The position numbers and the translations under genes were made by a program. Under the pieces are notes generated by a model. That model had not been told where the DNA came from. It worked only from the letters and a program-made list of their open reading frames with translations, and searched no databases. This document shows positions 7,706-16,562 of a stretch of DNA of 53,777 nt, one piece after another. The DNA is from Candidatus Nanoarchaeia archaeon (GTDB taxonomy: Archaea; Nanobdellota; Nanobdellia; SCGC-AAA011-G17; GW2011-AR18), in assembly GCA_035289905.1 (NCBI GenBank), contig DATDVT010000026.1, positions 1 to 53,777 of the forward strand, given 5' to 3'. Positions within the stretch are counted from its first letter, which is position 1. The number at the start of each line of letters is the position of its first letter.

Positions 7706-9337
7706 ATGGCAGAAAAAGTAGCAGCAGAGTTAATGGCAGAGAATCAAAGAAGTATTTCTGTTTCAGAATTTTTTGCAAAGAATAGACATCTTTTAGGTTT
7801 TGATAATCCTTTAAAGGCATTAATGACTACTGTAAAAGAAGGAGTTGATAATTCTTTAGATGCAGCTGAGGAAGCAGGAATTTTACCAAGTTTAAAGATA
7901 GAAATATATGCTGTTAAAGATAGAGAAGATAGATATATTATTATTGTCGAGGATAATGGTCCAGGTATTATAAAAGAGCAAATTCCTAATATTTTTGGTA
8001 AATTATTATATGGAAGTAAGTTTCATACTAAACGGCAGCAAAGAGGTCAACAAGGTATTGGAATTAGTGCTGCAGCAATGTATGGTCAATTGACTACAGG
8101 AAAAGGTATTAAAATAACTTCTAGAATCTCTAAGAATCATCCTGCACATTATTTTTATTTGCAATTGAATACTAATACCAATGAAGCTGAGATTGTTAAA
8201 AATGAGCAAGTTGAATGGGATAAAGAACATGGAGTTAGATTAGAAATTGAATTAGAAGCTAAATATCAAAAAGGTAAGAAGGGTGTTGAAGAATTTTTAA
8301 AACAAACTTCTGTTGCTAATCCTCATTGTATGATTGAATATTTGAGTCCATTAGGCGAAAAAATAATTTTTCCTAGATCCACTGATAAATTACCTAAACA
8401 AGGCAAAGAGATTAAACCTCATCCTTATGGTATTGAGTTAGGTATGTTAATTAATATGTTAAAGAGTTCTTCAGCTTCTACAATCTCTGGATTTTTACAG
8501 AGTGAATTTTGTAGGGTTAGTGATAAAGTTGCTAAAGAAATTTGTGATAAAGCTGGAATATATGAGAAATCAAGACCATCAACAATAGCTAGGAATGAAG
8601 TAGAACATTTGTTTGATGCAATGCAAAAAGTGAAAATAATGGCACCACCTACAGACTGTCTAAGTCCAATAGGCGAGCAATTATTAGATAAGAGTTTAAG
8701 AAACGAATATCAAGCAGAATTTTATACCGCTGTCACTAGAAGTCCTGTTGTTTATAGAGGTATACCATTCCAGATTGAAGTTTCAATGTGTTATGGAGGA
8801 GATTTAGAAAAAGAAGATTTGGTTAAAGTAATTAGATTAGCAAATAGAGTTCCACTTTTATATCAACAGGGTGCTTGTGGTATAAATAAAGCAATATTAG
8901 AAACTAATTGGAGAAGTTATGGTTTAAATCAAAGTAAAGGTGCATTACCTTCTGGTCCTTGTGTTCTTGTTGTGCATATAGCTTCAGTTTGGGTGCCTTT
9001 TACTTCAGAGAGTAAAGAGGCTATTGCACACTATCCAGATATAATTAAAGAAATGAAATTGGCTTTACAGGATTGTGGTAGAAATTTATCTAAGTACATA
9101 AGAAAGAATGTTAGAATTAAGGAGCAAAAAGAGAGAGCAAGTTTATTTGAGAAATATATTCCAGAGGTTGCTGTAGCAATTTCTAAATTAAGTGAATATG
9201 ATGTTAAAAAGATAAATGAAAAATTAATGATAGGATTAAGGAAAAATTTACCTCTTTTAGTTGGGATAAGTCATGAAAAATTAAGGAAAGAAATGGAACA
9301 TGGAGAAGAAAAACAAATCACCCTTGCAGAAAGCTAA
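7706..9337 (+). CDS. top6B: DNA topoisomerase VI subunit B
   Basis: GHKL ATPase motifs EGVDNSLDA and VEDNGPGI, then the transducer region. The ORF track starts at TTG 7694; ATG 7706 (MAEKVAAEL) is preferred. Confidence 0.93.
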   Translation: MAEKVAAELMAENQRSISVSEFFAKNRHLLGFDNPLKALMTTVKEGVDNSLDAAEEAGILPSLKIEIYAVKDREDRYIIIVEDNGPGIIKEQIPNIFGKLLYGSKFHTKRQQRGQQGIGISAAAMYGQLTTGKGIKITSRISKNHPAHYFYLQLNTNTNEAEIVKNEQVEWDKEHGVRLEIELEAKYQKGKKGVEEFLKQTSVANPHCMIEYLSPLGEKIIFPRSTDKLPKQGKEIKPHPYGIELGMLINMLKSSSASTISGFLQSEFCRVSDKVAKEICDKAGIYEKSRPSTIARNEVEHLFDAMQKVKIMAPPTDCLSPIGEQLLDKSLRNEYQAEFYTAVTRSPVVYRGIPFQIEVSMCYGGDLEKEDLVKVIRLANRVPLLYQQGACGINKAILETNWRSYGLNQSKGALPSGPCVLVVHIASVWVPFTSESKEAIAHYPDIIKEMKLALQDCGRNLSKYIRKNVRIKEQKERASLFEKYIPEVAVAISKLSEYDVKKINEKLMIGLRKNLPLLVGISHEKLRKEMEHGEEKQITLAES

Positions 9338-10400
9338 AGAAGCCTTGGATGAATTAGGTAAGGATTTAGTTAAACAGATAAATAAAATAGAGAACCCAAC
9401 AATTAATTTACCAGTTAGAGGATTGAGCAACATTAATTATAATAAAACTAAAGGAACATTGGAGTTAGGAGATAAGATGGCTTCAAGGTCATTCTTTAAT
9501 TTGGGGCATGCTAAGAAATTTATGCAGACATTAGAGGTGGCTGCAGTTAGTAAGGAATTATTAAATGTTGGAAAACATGCATCTCTTAGAGATGTTTTTT
9601 ATCAAGTAAAAAGAACTATTCCACATACTAATATCAATATGGTTGATGATCAAGTTGAGACTGATTCTGCTTTGGAGGATTTAGAATTAATTACTGGTTG
9701 TTCTAGAGAACAGTTGAATGTTAATGCTAATAAAAATGGTTCTGTTGCTGGGAAAGTTGTAATTGAAGATAGAGGGGATACTATTGATTGGTCTAAGTTA
9801 GGTTCAGGCGGTTGGAGTATTCCTAGTAATGTTGAAGAAATTGAATTTAAGAAGGTTAATGCTAAATATTTATTATACATGGAAAAGGCAGCAATTTTTG
9901 AAAGACTTCTAGAAGATCGTTATTGGGATAAACAGAATTGTATTATTATGTCTTCACAAGGTCAGACAACAAGAGGTATTAGAAGATTATTACAGAGATT
10001 AAGTACTGAGCATGATATGCCTATTTATGTATTAACTGATCTCGATAGCTGGGGGCACTATATTTATTCTGTAGTAAAATATGGAAGTATTGCTTTAGCT
10101 CACATGAGTGAGCAGTTAACTATCCCTAGTGTAAAATACTTAGGTATAAGGGTGAGTGATGTTGAAGAATATGGTTTGCAGAAAAATTTAATTAAATTGA
10201 ATGAAAAAGATATTGCTAGATTAAATCAAATATCAGGTTATGATTGGTTTAAAGATCATCAAGGTTGGCAAAAAGAATTTAAGGCTTTTAAACAAATGAA
10301 GGCTAAAGCAGAGATTCAAGCTTTGAGTGCAAGAGGAATTAGTTTTATTTCTGATAAATATTTACCGGAAAAGGTAAAAAGGCAGGATTTCTTAGACTAG
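9300..10400 (+). CDS. top6A: DNA topoisomerase VI subunit A (Spo11 family)
   Basis: 366 aa. Catalytic-Tyr region LRDVFYQ and Toprim region [14 protein letters not shown]. Overlaps top6B by 38 nt. Confidence 0.93.
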   Translation: MEKKNKSPLQKAKEALDELGKDLVKQINKIENPTINLPVRGLSNINYNKTKGTLELGDKMASRSFFNLGHAKKFMQTLEVAAVSKELLNVGKHASLRDVFYQVKRTIPHTNINMVDDQVETDSALEDLELITGCSREQLNVNANKNGSVAGKVVIEDRGDTIDWSKLGSGGWSIPSNVEEIEFKKVNAKYLLYMEKAAIFERLLEDRYWDKQNCIIMSSQGQTTRGIRRLLQRLSTEHDMPIYVLTDLDSWGHYIYSVVKYGSIALAHMSEQLTIPSVKYLGIRVSDVEEYGLQKNLIKLNEKDIARLNQISGYDWFKDHQGWQKEFKAFKQMKAKAEIQALSARGISFISDKYLPEKVKRQDFLD

Positions 10401-10470
10401 TCTTTTGATTGTAAATATACTTTATAAATTCTTTATTAGCTTATTCATTAGAGGTTTAATCGAAATCAAA

Positions 10471-11001
10471 CTAGAGTAATTCCCTCTTAAGCATTTTATG
10501 AGCATTATTTATTTTTTTAAAAAGTTCAAGATCCCCTTGAGTCATGTCAGGATGATAGATTTTTGCTAGTTCTTTATATTTTTGATCTATAAGAGCAATA
10601 TCTGAAGAATCAATATCTACACCTAATGTTTCTCTAGCTTGAATACGCTGTTCTTCAATATCCTTATTTTCTGAAAATTCATCAAGGAATTCATTCATTG
10701 TTATTTTGTTTTCAATTAAATCATTAACTTTAAATTCAACTATTTTAGACACAACAAAGAGATTTTCAACATGATTTCTTGCTCTTTTATAATTATAATA
10801 TAAACGAGAATTTTCCATAAACCAGCAAACAGAGGCATGTGTATTCTTTAGAGCCATACTTTCTTCAAAGATTATATCATCTTCAGATACACCTATTTTT
10901 TTTAATGTTGCAATAATCTTGTTTCTATATTGAATAGCTCTTCTATCATGTGCGCTAGTTATTGGTAAAATCCCAAATTCATACCCTTTTATTGTTATCA
11001 T
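10471..11001 (-). CDS. Protein with a C-terminal J domain and an uncharacterised N-terminal domain
   Basis: 176 aa. C-terminus IDQKYKELAKIYHPDMTQGDLELFKKINNAHKMLK has the HPD tripeptide and J-domain helix II/III pattern. The N-terminal roughly 120 aa were not recognised. Confidence 0.7.
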   Translation of the reverse strand: MITIKGYEFGILPITSAHDRRAIQYRNKIIATLKKIGVSEDDIIFEESMALKNTHASVCWFMENSRLYYNYKRARNHVENLFVVSKIVEFKVNDLIENKITMNEFLDEFSENKDIEEQRIQARETLGVDIDSSDIALIDQKYKELAKIYHPDMTQGDLELFKKINNAHKMLKRELL

Positions 11002-11048
11002 TGTTAAAGATTGAATAGAAAGTTTTTTAAAACTTGGCTTTTAGAATT

Positions 11049-11318
11049 TCAATTTTTGTATATATTATCATGATGGTCAAAGTCATCAAAATTGATTTCT
11101 TGTTTTTCTTTATTAAATTGAAATATTAATACAAAATAGTTAATATGTACTCTTTTTGAATCTTTTAATTTATATTTTAAATTTTTATAATGTTCTATGT
11201 TATAAGAATTAACAATTTCATTAATTTTATTTAGTAATTGTTCATAAAGAGTTTTGTCTTTTTTAGAAAGTTTGCTCATTATTTCTTTTAAATTTTCACT
11301 TATTTGTGCCTTGTACAT
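11049..11318 (-). CDS. RelE/ParE-superfamily toxin (type II TA)
   Basis: 89 aa. Size, position immediately downstream of a 78-aa partner, and the pattern ...KKDKTLYEQLLNKINEI...HYKNLKYKLKDSKRVHINYFVLIFQ are typical of RelE/YafQ-like toxins. Confidence 0.65.
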   Translation of the reverse strand: MYKAQISENLKEIMSKLSKKDKTLYEQLLNKINEIVNSYNIEHYKNLKYKLKDSKRVHINYFVLIFQFNKEKQEINFDDFDHHDNIYKN

Positions 11319-11326
11319 TAAACCTC

Positions 11327-11563
11327 TTAGCTCGTTATTTTTCTTAGCTCTTCAATTGAACTAAATTTTATGTACTTACCTTTTCTTATTTTTTCTAATT
11401 TTTCTATATATTCTGGTCTTAATTCTGGTTCTAGAATGGTTTCTTCATATTGTTTTACTATTAAGTCAATTGCTTGAGATTTATCATTAAATCCGAACTT
11501 TGCTTTGACTATGTTAATTACTCTATTTGTGTTTTCTTCAATATTTATCATAGCTTGTACCAT
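11327..11563 (-). CDS. Small antitoxin-like protein (DUF2683-like)
   Basis: 78 aa, 8 nt upstream of the toxin ORF. IEENTNRVINIVKAKFGFNDKSQAIDLIVKQYEE resembles archaeal DUF2683 antitoxin-like proteins (from memory). Confidence 0.55.
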   Translation of the reverse strand: MVQAMINIEENTNRVINIVKAKFGFNDKSQAIDLIVKQYEETILEPELRPEYIEKLEKIRKGKYIKFSSIEELRKITS

Positions 11564-11613
11564 ATTATTTCACGTATATAACTATATATTCCATATATAT
11601 AAGCTTTACTATT

Positions 11614-11658
11614 TATGTGTCTACATTAAATCTAATTTATTTATTATTGTAGATGTAA
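11614..11658. repeat. Copy A of a ~45-nt element: inverted repeat GTCTAC / GTAGA around a 24-nt AT-rich spacer
   Basis: TATGTGTCTAC-(N21)-ATTGTAGATGTAA, ending at the Fic stop codon. Same architecture and spacing as copy B (12562..12606). Confidence 0.6.
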
Positions 11659-12555
11659 TTAAAAAAATAATTTGTTTTCTTTAAAATTTTTAATTAAATA
11701 TTCTATAAATAGCTTTAAATTGCCTTTTTGTGCTTCTTCTAATGATTTGTAATATTCATATTTTGTGGAGTTACTTATACTAATCATTGAAAACTTGTTT
11801 TTATGCAAAATAAAATTCATTAATAATCTTCCAACTCTTCCGTTGCCATCAACAAATGGATGAATTATTTCAAAACCTGCATGAAAATATGCTGCTGTGA
11901 CTAAAGGATGTAATTCATCTTTATTTTTTGTGTACCATTTTAATAAAGCGCCTATTTCTTTTGGAACTATTTCTGGTTGTGGAGGTAGCCAATTTGTACC
12001 TCTAATAAATACTTGAAGTTTTCTAAATTTGCCTATTTGTGTTTCTAATTCAGGTTTTAATGTATTAATAACTACTAATTTATGCAATTCTAAGATAAAT
12101 TCTTTGTTTATATCTTCTTTATAACTTAATGAGAAATCAAATGCTTTTTTATGATTTACAATTTCATTAATTTCTCTTAATGTTTTTCTAGGTGTAATAT
12201 TTTCAAATAATAATTGGGCTGTTTCTTGTAAATTTATTGTATTACCTTCTATGGCTGTTGAGTTATAAGTAAAATTAGAGATAAATGCTTCATATCTATT
12301 TTCTAGGGTTTCTTTCGGTTCTTGTGAGTATTTTTCTTTGATTTTTTTTAAAAATTCTAGATCTTCTTTTGTTAGTAAAGTATTTAGTAATTGCATTTTT
12401 TTGTCAGCTTCTTTTTCAGCTAATTTTAATTCTTCTTTCTTTAAATCTTTGCCCATATATCTTCTTTTTTTTGTTATTTTATTGTTTTTTCTTATTGAAA
12501 TAGTTCTGTAATAGTATTTTTTGTTATTTTTCTCTTTAATTTCAGTATATACCAT
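11659..12555 (-). CDS. Fic family protein, class II (internal inhibitory motif)
   Basis: 298 aa. Active-site HPFVDGNGRVGR, and an upstream STAIEGN that fits the (S/T)xxxE(G/N) autoinhibitory helix. Confidence 0.9.
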   Translation of the reverse strand: MVYTEIKEKNNKKYYYRTISIRKNNKITKKRRYMGKDLKKEELKLAEKEADKKMQLLNTLLTKEDLEFLKKIKEKYSQEPKETLENRYEAFISNFTYNSTAIEGNTINLQETAQLLFENITPRKTLREINEIVNHKKAFDFSLSYKEDINKEFILELHKLVVINTLKPELETQIGKFRKLQVFIRGTNWLPPQPEIVPKEIGALLKWYTKNKDELHPLVTAAYFHAGFEIIHPFVDGNGRVGRLLMNFILHKNKFSMISISNSTKYEYYKSLEEAQKGNLKLFIEYLIKNFKENKLFF

Positions 12556-12561
12556 AATAAT

Positions 12562-12606
12562 TATACGTCTACTATATTTATAAATCTTTCTTTATTGTAG
12601 ACGTAA
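12562..12606. repeat. Copy B of the ~45-nt element; its arms bracket the Fic TATA box
   Basis: TATACGTCTAC-(N21)-ATTGTAGACGTAA. The 8-bp arms ACGTCTAC (12565-12572) and GTAGACGT (12597-12604) are perfect reverse complements. TTTATAAA at 12577-12584 lies about 25 nt upstream of Fic ATG 12555. Confidence 0.65.
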
Positions 12607-12650
12607 GAATGATTAGATAGCTTTAAATGGTTTTTTAATGGATTTTAATT

Positions 12651-13145
12651 ATGATACTTGTAAATTTGTTAGATTTATGGACAGAACAAAAAGTAGAATA
12701 TATTTTAGCTGGAGGTCAAGCTTGTGTTTTGTATGGTGTTCCTAGAATGACTTTTGATATAGATTTATTACTAAATTTAACTCAAGAGAATCTAGAAAGA
12801 TTTGTTAAAGTTCTTGATCCATATGGTTATAGACCAAAAATTCCTATTTCTTTATTAGATTTAAAGGATAAAGATTTAGTTAGTTCTTGGATTAGTCAGA
12901 AAAATATGAAAGCATTGAATCTTTCTTCAGAAGCTAATCCTGAAATAGATGTTTTATTGGATGTTCCTGTAACCTATGAATCTGCAAAACTAAATTGTGA
13001 ATATAAATCTTTTAGATCTATAAAAATACCTTTATTAGGATTAGATGATCTTATACTTTGTAAGAAGGTAGCAGGCAGGCCACAAGATTTGTCAGATTTA
13101 AAGGCTTTAGAATTGATTAAATATAGAAGGTGGAAAGATGAATGA
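12651..13145 (+). CDS. Nucleotidyltransferase-fold protein (DUF6036/MNT-like)
   Basis: 164 aa. ILAGGQACVLYGVPRMTFDIDLLL fits the minimal NTase GG..a...G..R.T.DiDl pattern. Confidence 0.6.
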   Translation: MILVNLLDLWTEQKVEYILAGGQACVLYGVPRMTFDIDLLLNLTQENLERFVKVLDPYGYRPKIPISLLDLKDKDLVSSWISQKNMKALNLSSEANPEIDVLLDVPVTYESAKLNCEYKSFRSIKIPLLGLDDLILCKKVAGRPQDLSDLKALELIKYRRWKDE

Positions 13146-13308
13146 TCAAGGAGAATTTACTATTGAAGAGATCATTGAATTTTCTAAGTTAACTATAGAA
13201 GAAAGATTACTATGGGTAGAAAGAACTTATGATTTTGTAATGGAAGTTATGGGTGAAGAGGGAAGGAAGAATTTTAATTATTTAAGACATCTTAATGACA
13301 ATTACTAG
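13138..13308 (+). CDS. Small companion ORF overlapping the nucleotidyltransferase gene (56 aa)
   Basis: ATG 13138 overlaps the upstream stop by 8 nt. Translation MNDQGEFTIEEIIEFSKLTIEERLLWVERTYDFVMEVMGEEGRKNFNYLRHLNDNY. Below the ORF-track length cutoff; read by hand. Confidence 0.45.
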   Translation: MNDQGEFTIEEIIEFSKLTIEERLLWVERTYDFVMEVMGEEGRKNFNYLRHLNDNY

Positions 13309-13659
13309 TTCTATACTTAATTTTATTAATTTGAAAAGAGGAATGAGAATATGCAACTTGATCATTGTATTTATGCAATTTTAAATCCTTCTCAGTTGGC
13401 TTATTTTTGTAAAAGATTTAATTTTAGCTTTTAGAAGAAATATGTGGAAAATATATTTGAATTTAAATGTTGAAAGTTTAAATTTATTTTATACTTTAAA
13501 TGAGATTACTGGAATTATTCGATAAAAAGAAGAAAAAGAGATAGGATATAATGGTTTGAATTTTACTGAATCTATGAACTTGTATGTTTTTAGGTTAGAA
13601 GAAATCGATAAAAGACTATTTTGAATATATTTTTAAAGAATTTTGTTATTGTAACTTTA

Positions 13660-15042
13660 ATGTTTAATGAAGTTAAGTGGGATAAAGAATTAAGAAAGGT
13701 AATGGTTAAAAGGGGCATTCAAGAGTATAAGCTAAACGCAGGTTTAAAATATGATGAGCAATTAATTAAAAGATTAGATAAAAATTTAACAGATTCAAGT
13801 AAAAAAGTTTTAAAAAATAAAGTAAATAGAAATTTATTTTTGAATTGTTTAGATTTAAGTTTAAGTGATAAATTAGGAAGATTAAATATAGAGTTTTATA
13901 AGAATAGAAATATGATAATTAAGAATAAATATTGCAACTGGAGTAGTTGGAGACAGTTCGCTAGTAATTCTAGGAGTCCTAAATTAAGGAAAGAAGTTTT
14001 CGACGATTTTTTAAAAAAATCTGTAAAACTTAAAAGTAATGTAAAAAAAAGAACAGAGATTGTTGCTAAAGAATATGAAAAATATAATTTAAATGTGGTT
14101 GATTCTTATTGTGAACAGAATTTTTTAACTAAAATTCAATTAAAGAATGTTTTAAAAGAATTAAATGTTAAAAAACAATTTAACAGAGAAATAGAATTAT
14201 TTATGCAAGAAAAATTTAAAAAAGGCTTTGAATATTATGATGATTTATATTATGTTAGAAATGTTTTATTTGATGATTTTAATATAAAAAATGATCCAGT
14301 AAAAGAATGTGACCAAGTTTTTAAAAAAATGGGTTTTGATTTGAAAAAAATAAAAATAGATGATAAAAATAGAAAAAGTAAGACTGCGACAGCTTGTTGT
14401 TTTGGCATTGATCCTGGAAAGGATGTTAGAGTTATGTACAAGAGAGAAAACGGAATAAATGACTTTTCTTCAGTATTTCATGAATTAGGGCATGCTATAC
14501 ATTTTTATGTAATGGATAATCCTTTGTGGTGGAAAAGAAGTTTTGTTCCAAATTCTGTTGCTGAAGTTTTTTCAATTTTAACTGAGAATATATTCTTTGA
14601 TAAGAATTTTTTAAGTAAATATAATTTAGATGTTAATTTGTTAGATAAAAGAAGAAAACTAAACGAAATGTATTTTTTAGCGTTTTATATTCCAAATTCT
14701 TTAGTAAAAATAGAATATTGGGAAGGAAAAATTAAATTTGATGAGATTTCTTCTAGATACTCAGAATTGATTAAAGAGTATATGGGTGTGGATTTAAACG
14801 GGAATTATTGGTTATTACACCATATTTTACCAGAAGAAATCATTTATTGTCCAAGTTATATAATTGCTTCTGTTAGGGTGTTTGAATTAATTAATATTTT
14901 AAAGAAAAAGCATGGTAATGAATGGTGGAATGATAAAGAATCTGGTTATTATTTAAGAGAATTAATGCGATGCGGAGTTGATATTGATTTAGGATTTAGT
15001 AAGTTAGATACTAGTTATTTTAGGAGTGTAATTGATAATTAG
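13660..15042 (+). CDS. M3-family (oligoendopeptidase F-like) zinc metallopeptidase, short form
   Basis: HELGH (FHELGHAIH) with a Glu 24 residues downstream of the second His (NSVAEVF), the gluzincin spacing. The ORF track starts at TTG 13621; the first in-frame ATG is 13660. Confidence 0.7.
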   Translation: MFNEVKWDKELRKVMVKRGIQEYKLNAGLKYDEQLIKRLDKNLTDSSKKVLKNKVNRNLFLNCLDLSLSDKLGRLNIEFYKNRNMIIKNKYCNWSSWRQFASNSRSPKLRKEVFDDFLKKSVKLKSNVKKRTEIVAKEYEKYNLNVVDSYCEQNFLTKIQLKNVLKELNVKKQFNREIELFMQEKFKKGFEYYDDLYYVRNVLFDDFNIKNDPVKECDQVFKKMGFDLKKIKIDDKNRKSKTATACCFGIDPGKDVRVMYKRENGINDFSSVFHELGHAIHFYVMDNPLWWKRSFVPNSVAEVFSILTENIFFDKNFLSKYNLDVNLLDKRRKLNEMYFLAFYIPNSLVKIEYWEGKIKFDEISSRYSELIKEYMGVDLNGNYWLLHHILPEEIIYCPSYIIASVRVFELINILKKKHGNEWWNDKESGYYLRELMRCGVDIDLGFSKLDTSYFRSVIDN

Positions 15043-15083
15043 TTTTGGATCTTTTTGTGAAGTTAATTTATTTGAGTGAGAAG

Positions 15084-15407
15084 TTAGGTTCTAATTAAAA
15101 CAGTTGCTCTGTATATTCCTGTTTGTTTATCTTTATGACGACCGTAAAGTTGTTTGGAAATGACTACTTTAGCTTTGAATATTCTTTTTATTTTTGGAGC
15201 TAATGTTGATCTGGCAAATTTTTGTGAGGAAATATAAATATCTATTCCTGTTTTTAGTTTTTCTTCTTTTGAAATCCAAATTTGAGGATATTTTTTAATT
15301 TGTTGATATATAAAATCATAGATTGTTTGTTTATATGGTCTTAACTGGATTTTTGCTTCATAATACATACAATGCTTAGATGCAGTAGATTTGACAGTGA
15401 GGGACAT
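15084..15407 (-). CDS. NMD3-like domain protein (short)
   Basis: 107 aa. YYEAKIQLRP ... GIDIYISSQKFARS ... ISKQLYGRHKDKQTGIYRATVLIR follows the NMD3 core pattern (fEA.iQlR ... G.D.y ... S.kL.G ... yR.T.lvR). The real start may be the internal Met at 15368. Confidence 0.5.
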   Translation of the reverse strand: MSLTVKSTASKHCMYYEAKIQLRPYKQTIYDFIYQQIKKYPQIWISKEEKLKTGIDIYISSQKFARSTLAPKIKRIFKAKVVISKQLYGRHKDKQTGIYRATVLIRT

Positions 15408-15672
15408 TTTTAAAATAAACTATATTTTCTTCATTAATAAGGTTTAGCTTTTTTGCAAGTTTAATTATATTTTTTCCGATTATATTTATATTAGGACATT
15501 CTTGTAATAAAATTGCTGCTTTTTTTTCATTACAAAGTTGACCTTTATAAAATTGTTCTGATATGTTTATTTCTATTATTTTATCCTTTATTTTTTTTCC
15601 AATTAGGTTTTCATCAGCTATTGCTATTACGTATGATCTAATTGATTCGTGGGTTTTTATATAAAATTTCAT
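15376..15672 (-). CDS. DUF424 (COG2412) family protein
   Basis: MKFYIKTHESIRSYVIAIADENLIGKK...FYKGQ...NIIGKNII...NVPHCQIY matches the archaeal DUF424 pattern, and this family commonly neighbours aIF2-beta. Start moved to ATG 15672. Confidence 0.7.
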   Translation of the reverse strand: MKFYIKTHESIRSYVIAIADENLIGKKIKDKIIEINISEQFYKGQLCNEKKAAILLQECPNINIIGKNIIKLAKKLNLINEENIVYFKNVPHCQIYCI

Positions 15673-16067
15673 TTTATTGGGGTTTGGGTGCCACAAGCAC
15701 TACATTTTAGATATGTTTTATTTTCTTTTTCTATAATTTGTGTATCAGGTTTTTTGCATATTGAACATATTACATAGTATTCAGTGTATTGTTGTATTTT
15801 TTGGTTGATTAGTGTGGAAGAGATTTTTCTTCCTAAAATTAATGAATTACTTTCTAATTTTCCTGGACTTGCTAATTCTTTTAGAAGATATTTTAAAAAA
15901 TGTTGTTCATTTCTTCTTAATGTTTGTGCAATTTGGTGGAAATTTATGATTACTGTTTTATTTCCTTGGATATGACCTTTTGCTTTAGGCATTTCAAATC
16001 TTTCTGTTTTAATTATTTTCTCAGGTAAATTTTTTATTCCACGTTCAAGCATTTCTTTATAATTCAT
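15669..16067 (-). CDS. eif2b: Translation initiation factor 2 subunit beta
   Basis: MNYKEMLERG...KTVIINFHQIAQTLRRNEQHFLKYLLKELASPG...YVICSICKKPDTQIIKENKTYLKCSACG: aIF2-beta core plus the C4 zinc ribbon. The 74-aa N-terminal extension in the ORF track is rejected. Confidence 0.9.
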   Translation of the reverse strand: MNYKEMLERGIKNLPEKIIKTERFEMPKAKGHIQGNKTVIINFHQIAQTLRRNEQHFLKYLLKELASPGKLESNSLILGRKISSTLINQKIQQYTEYYVICSICKKPDTQIIEKENKTYLKCSACGTQTPIK

Positions 16068-16099
16068 AAATATTTTAAGGAGTGAAGGATTTATAAATC

Positions 16100-16282
16100 T
16101 TATAGTCGTCCTTGAATAGACTTTTTTGCAAGTTTGAATTGTAATAATACAAATAAAATTGCTAATATTCCTATTCCTGAAAGGATAAGTGATTTTGGTG
16201 AATTCAAGGTAATTGTTAAAATAATTCCTAAAATTAATAAAAGAATTCCAGTAATTAGCGAGCCTGTTGCTTTTAATCTCAT
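16100..16282 (-). CDS. Small 2-TM membrane protein
   Basis: 60 aa with two hydrophobic helices. A/C-ending codon bias (ACA, ATC, CTA, TTC) matches minus-strand genes of this block. Confidence 0.45.
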   Translation of the reverse strand: MRLKATGSLITGILLLILGIILTITLNSPKSLILSGIGILAILFVLLQFKLAKKSIQGRL

Positions 16283-16314
16283 TCTCCATCCAGCTAATTT
16301 GTAACTTGTGGATA

Positions 16315-16533
16315 TTATTTTTTCTCCAGTTGTTTTTGGATTGTTCGATTAATTACTTTTTTTCTAGAATAAACAATCCAAATAGATGCTATTATTATTA
16401 GAATGATTATAGTAACTATTAATTTTATACTTGTTAACATATTTATGATATTTCTTGCCCAAATAAAAATTAATATTACTAAAGAGATTATTGTATAAAA
16501 AATTAAAGATAGATAAGATTTATTTTTTTCCAT
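16315..16533 (-). CDS. Small 2-TM membrane protein
   Basis: 72 aa (YLSLIFYTIISLVILIFIW; IKLIVTIIILIIIASIWIV) with a basic C-tail. Confidence 0.5.
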   Translation of the reverse strand: MEKNKSYLSLIFYTIISLVILIFIWARNIINMLTSIKLIVTIIILIIIASIWIVYSRKKVINRTIQKQLEKK

Positions 16534-16562
16534 AAATTATATATATACTTTATAAATCTTTT

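Noticed and set aside
11614-12606. Fic gene as an insertion sequence bounded by terminal inverted repeats
   Set aside because: There is no transposase and no obvious target-site duplication. The two elements are direct copies of an internally palindromic unit rather than inverted termini. It is reported only as a repeat/operator candidate.
16068-16289. 74-aa N-terminal extension of aIF2-beta in the ORF track
   Set aside because: aIF2-beta homology begins at MNYKEML (ATG 16067). The extension is Asn/Phe/Ile-rich and overlaps a better small membrane ORF in another frame.
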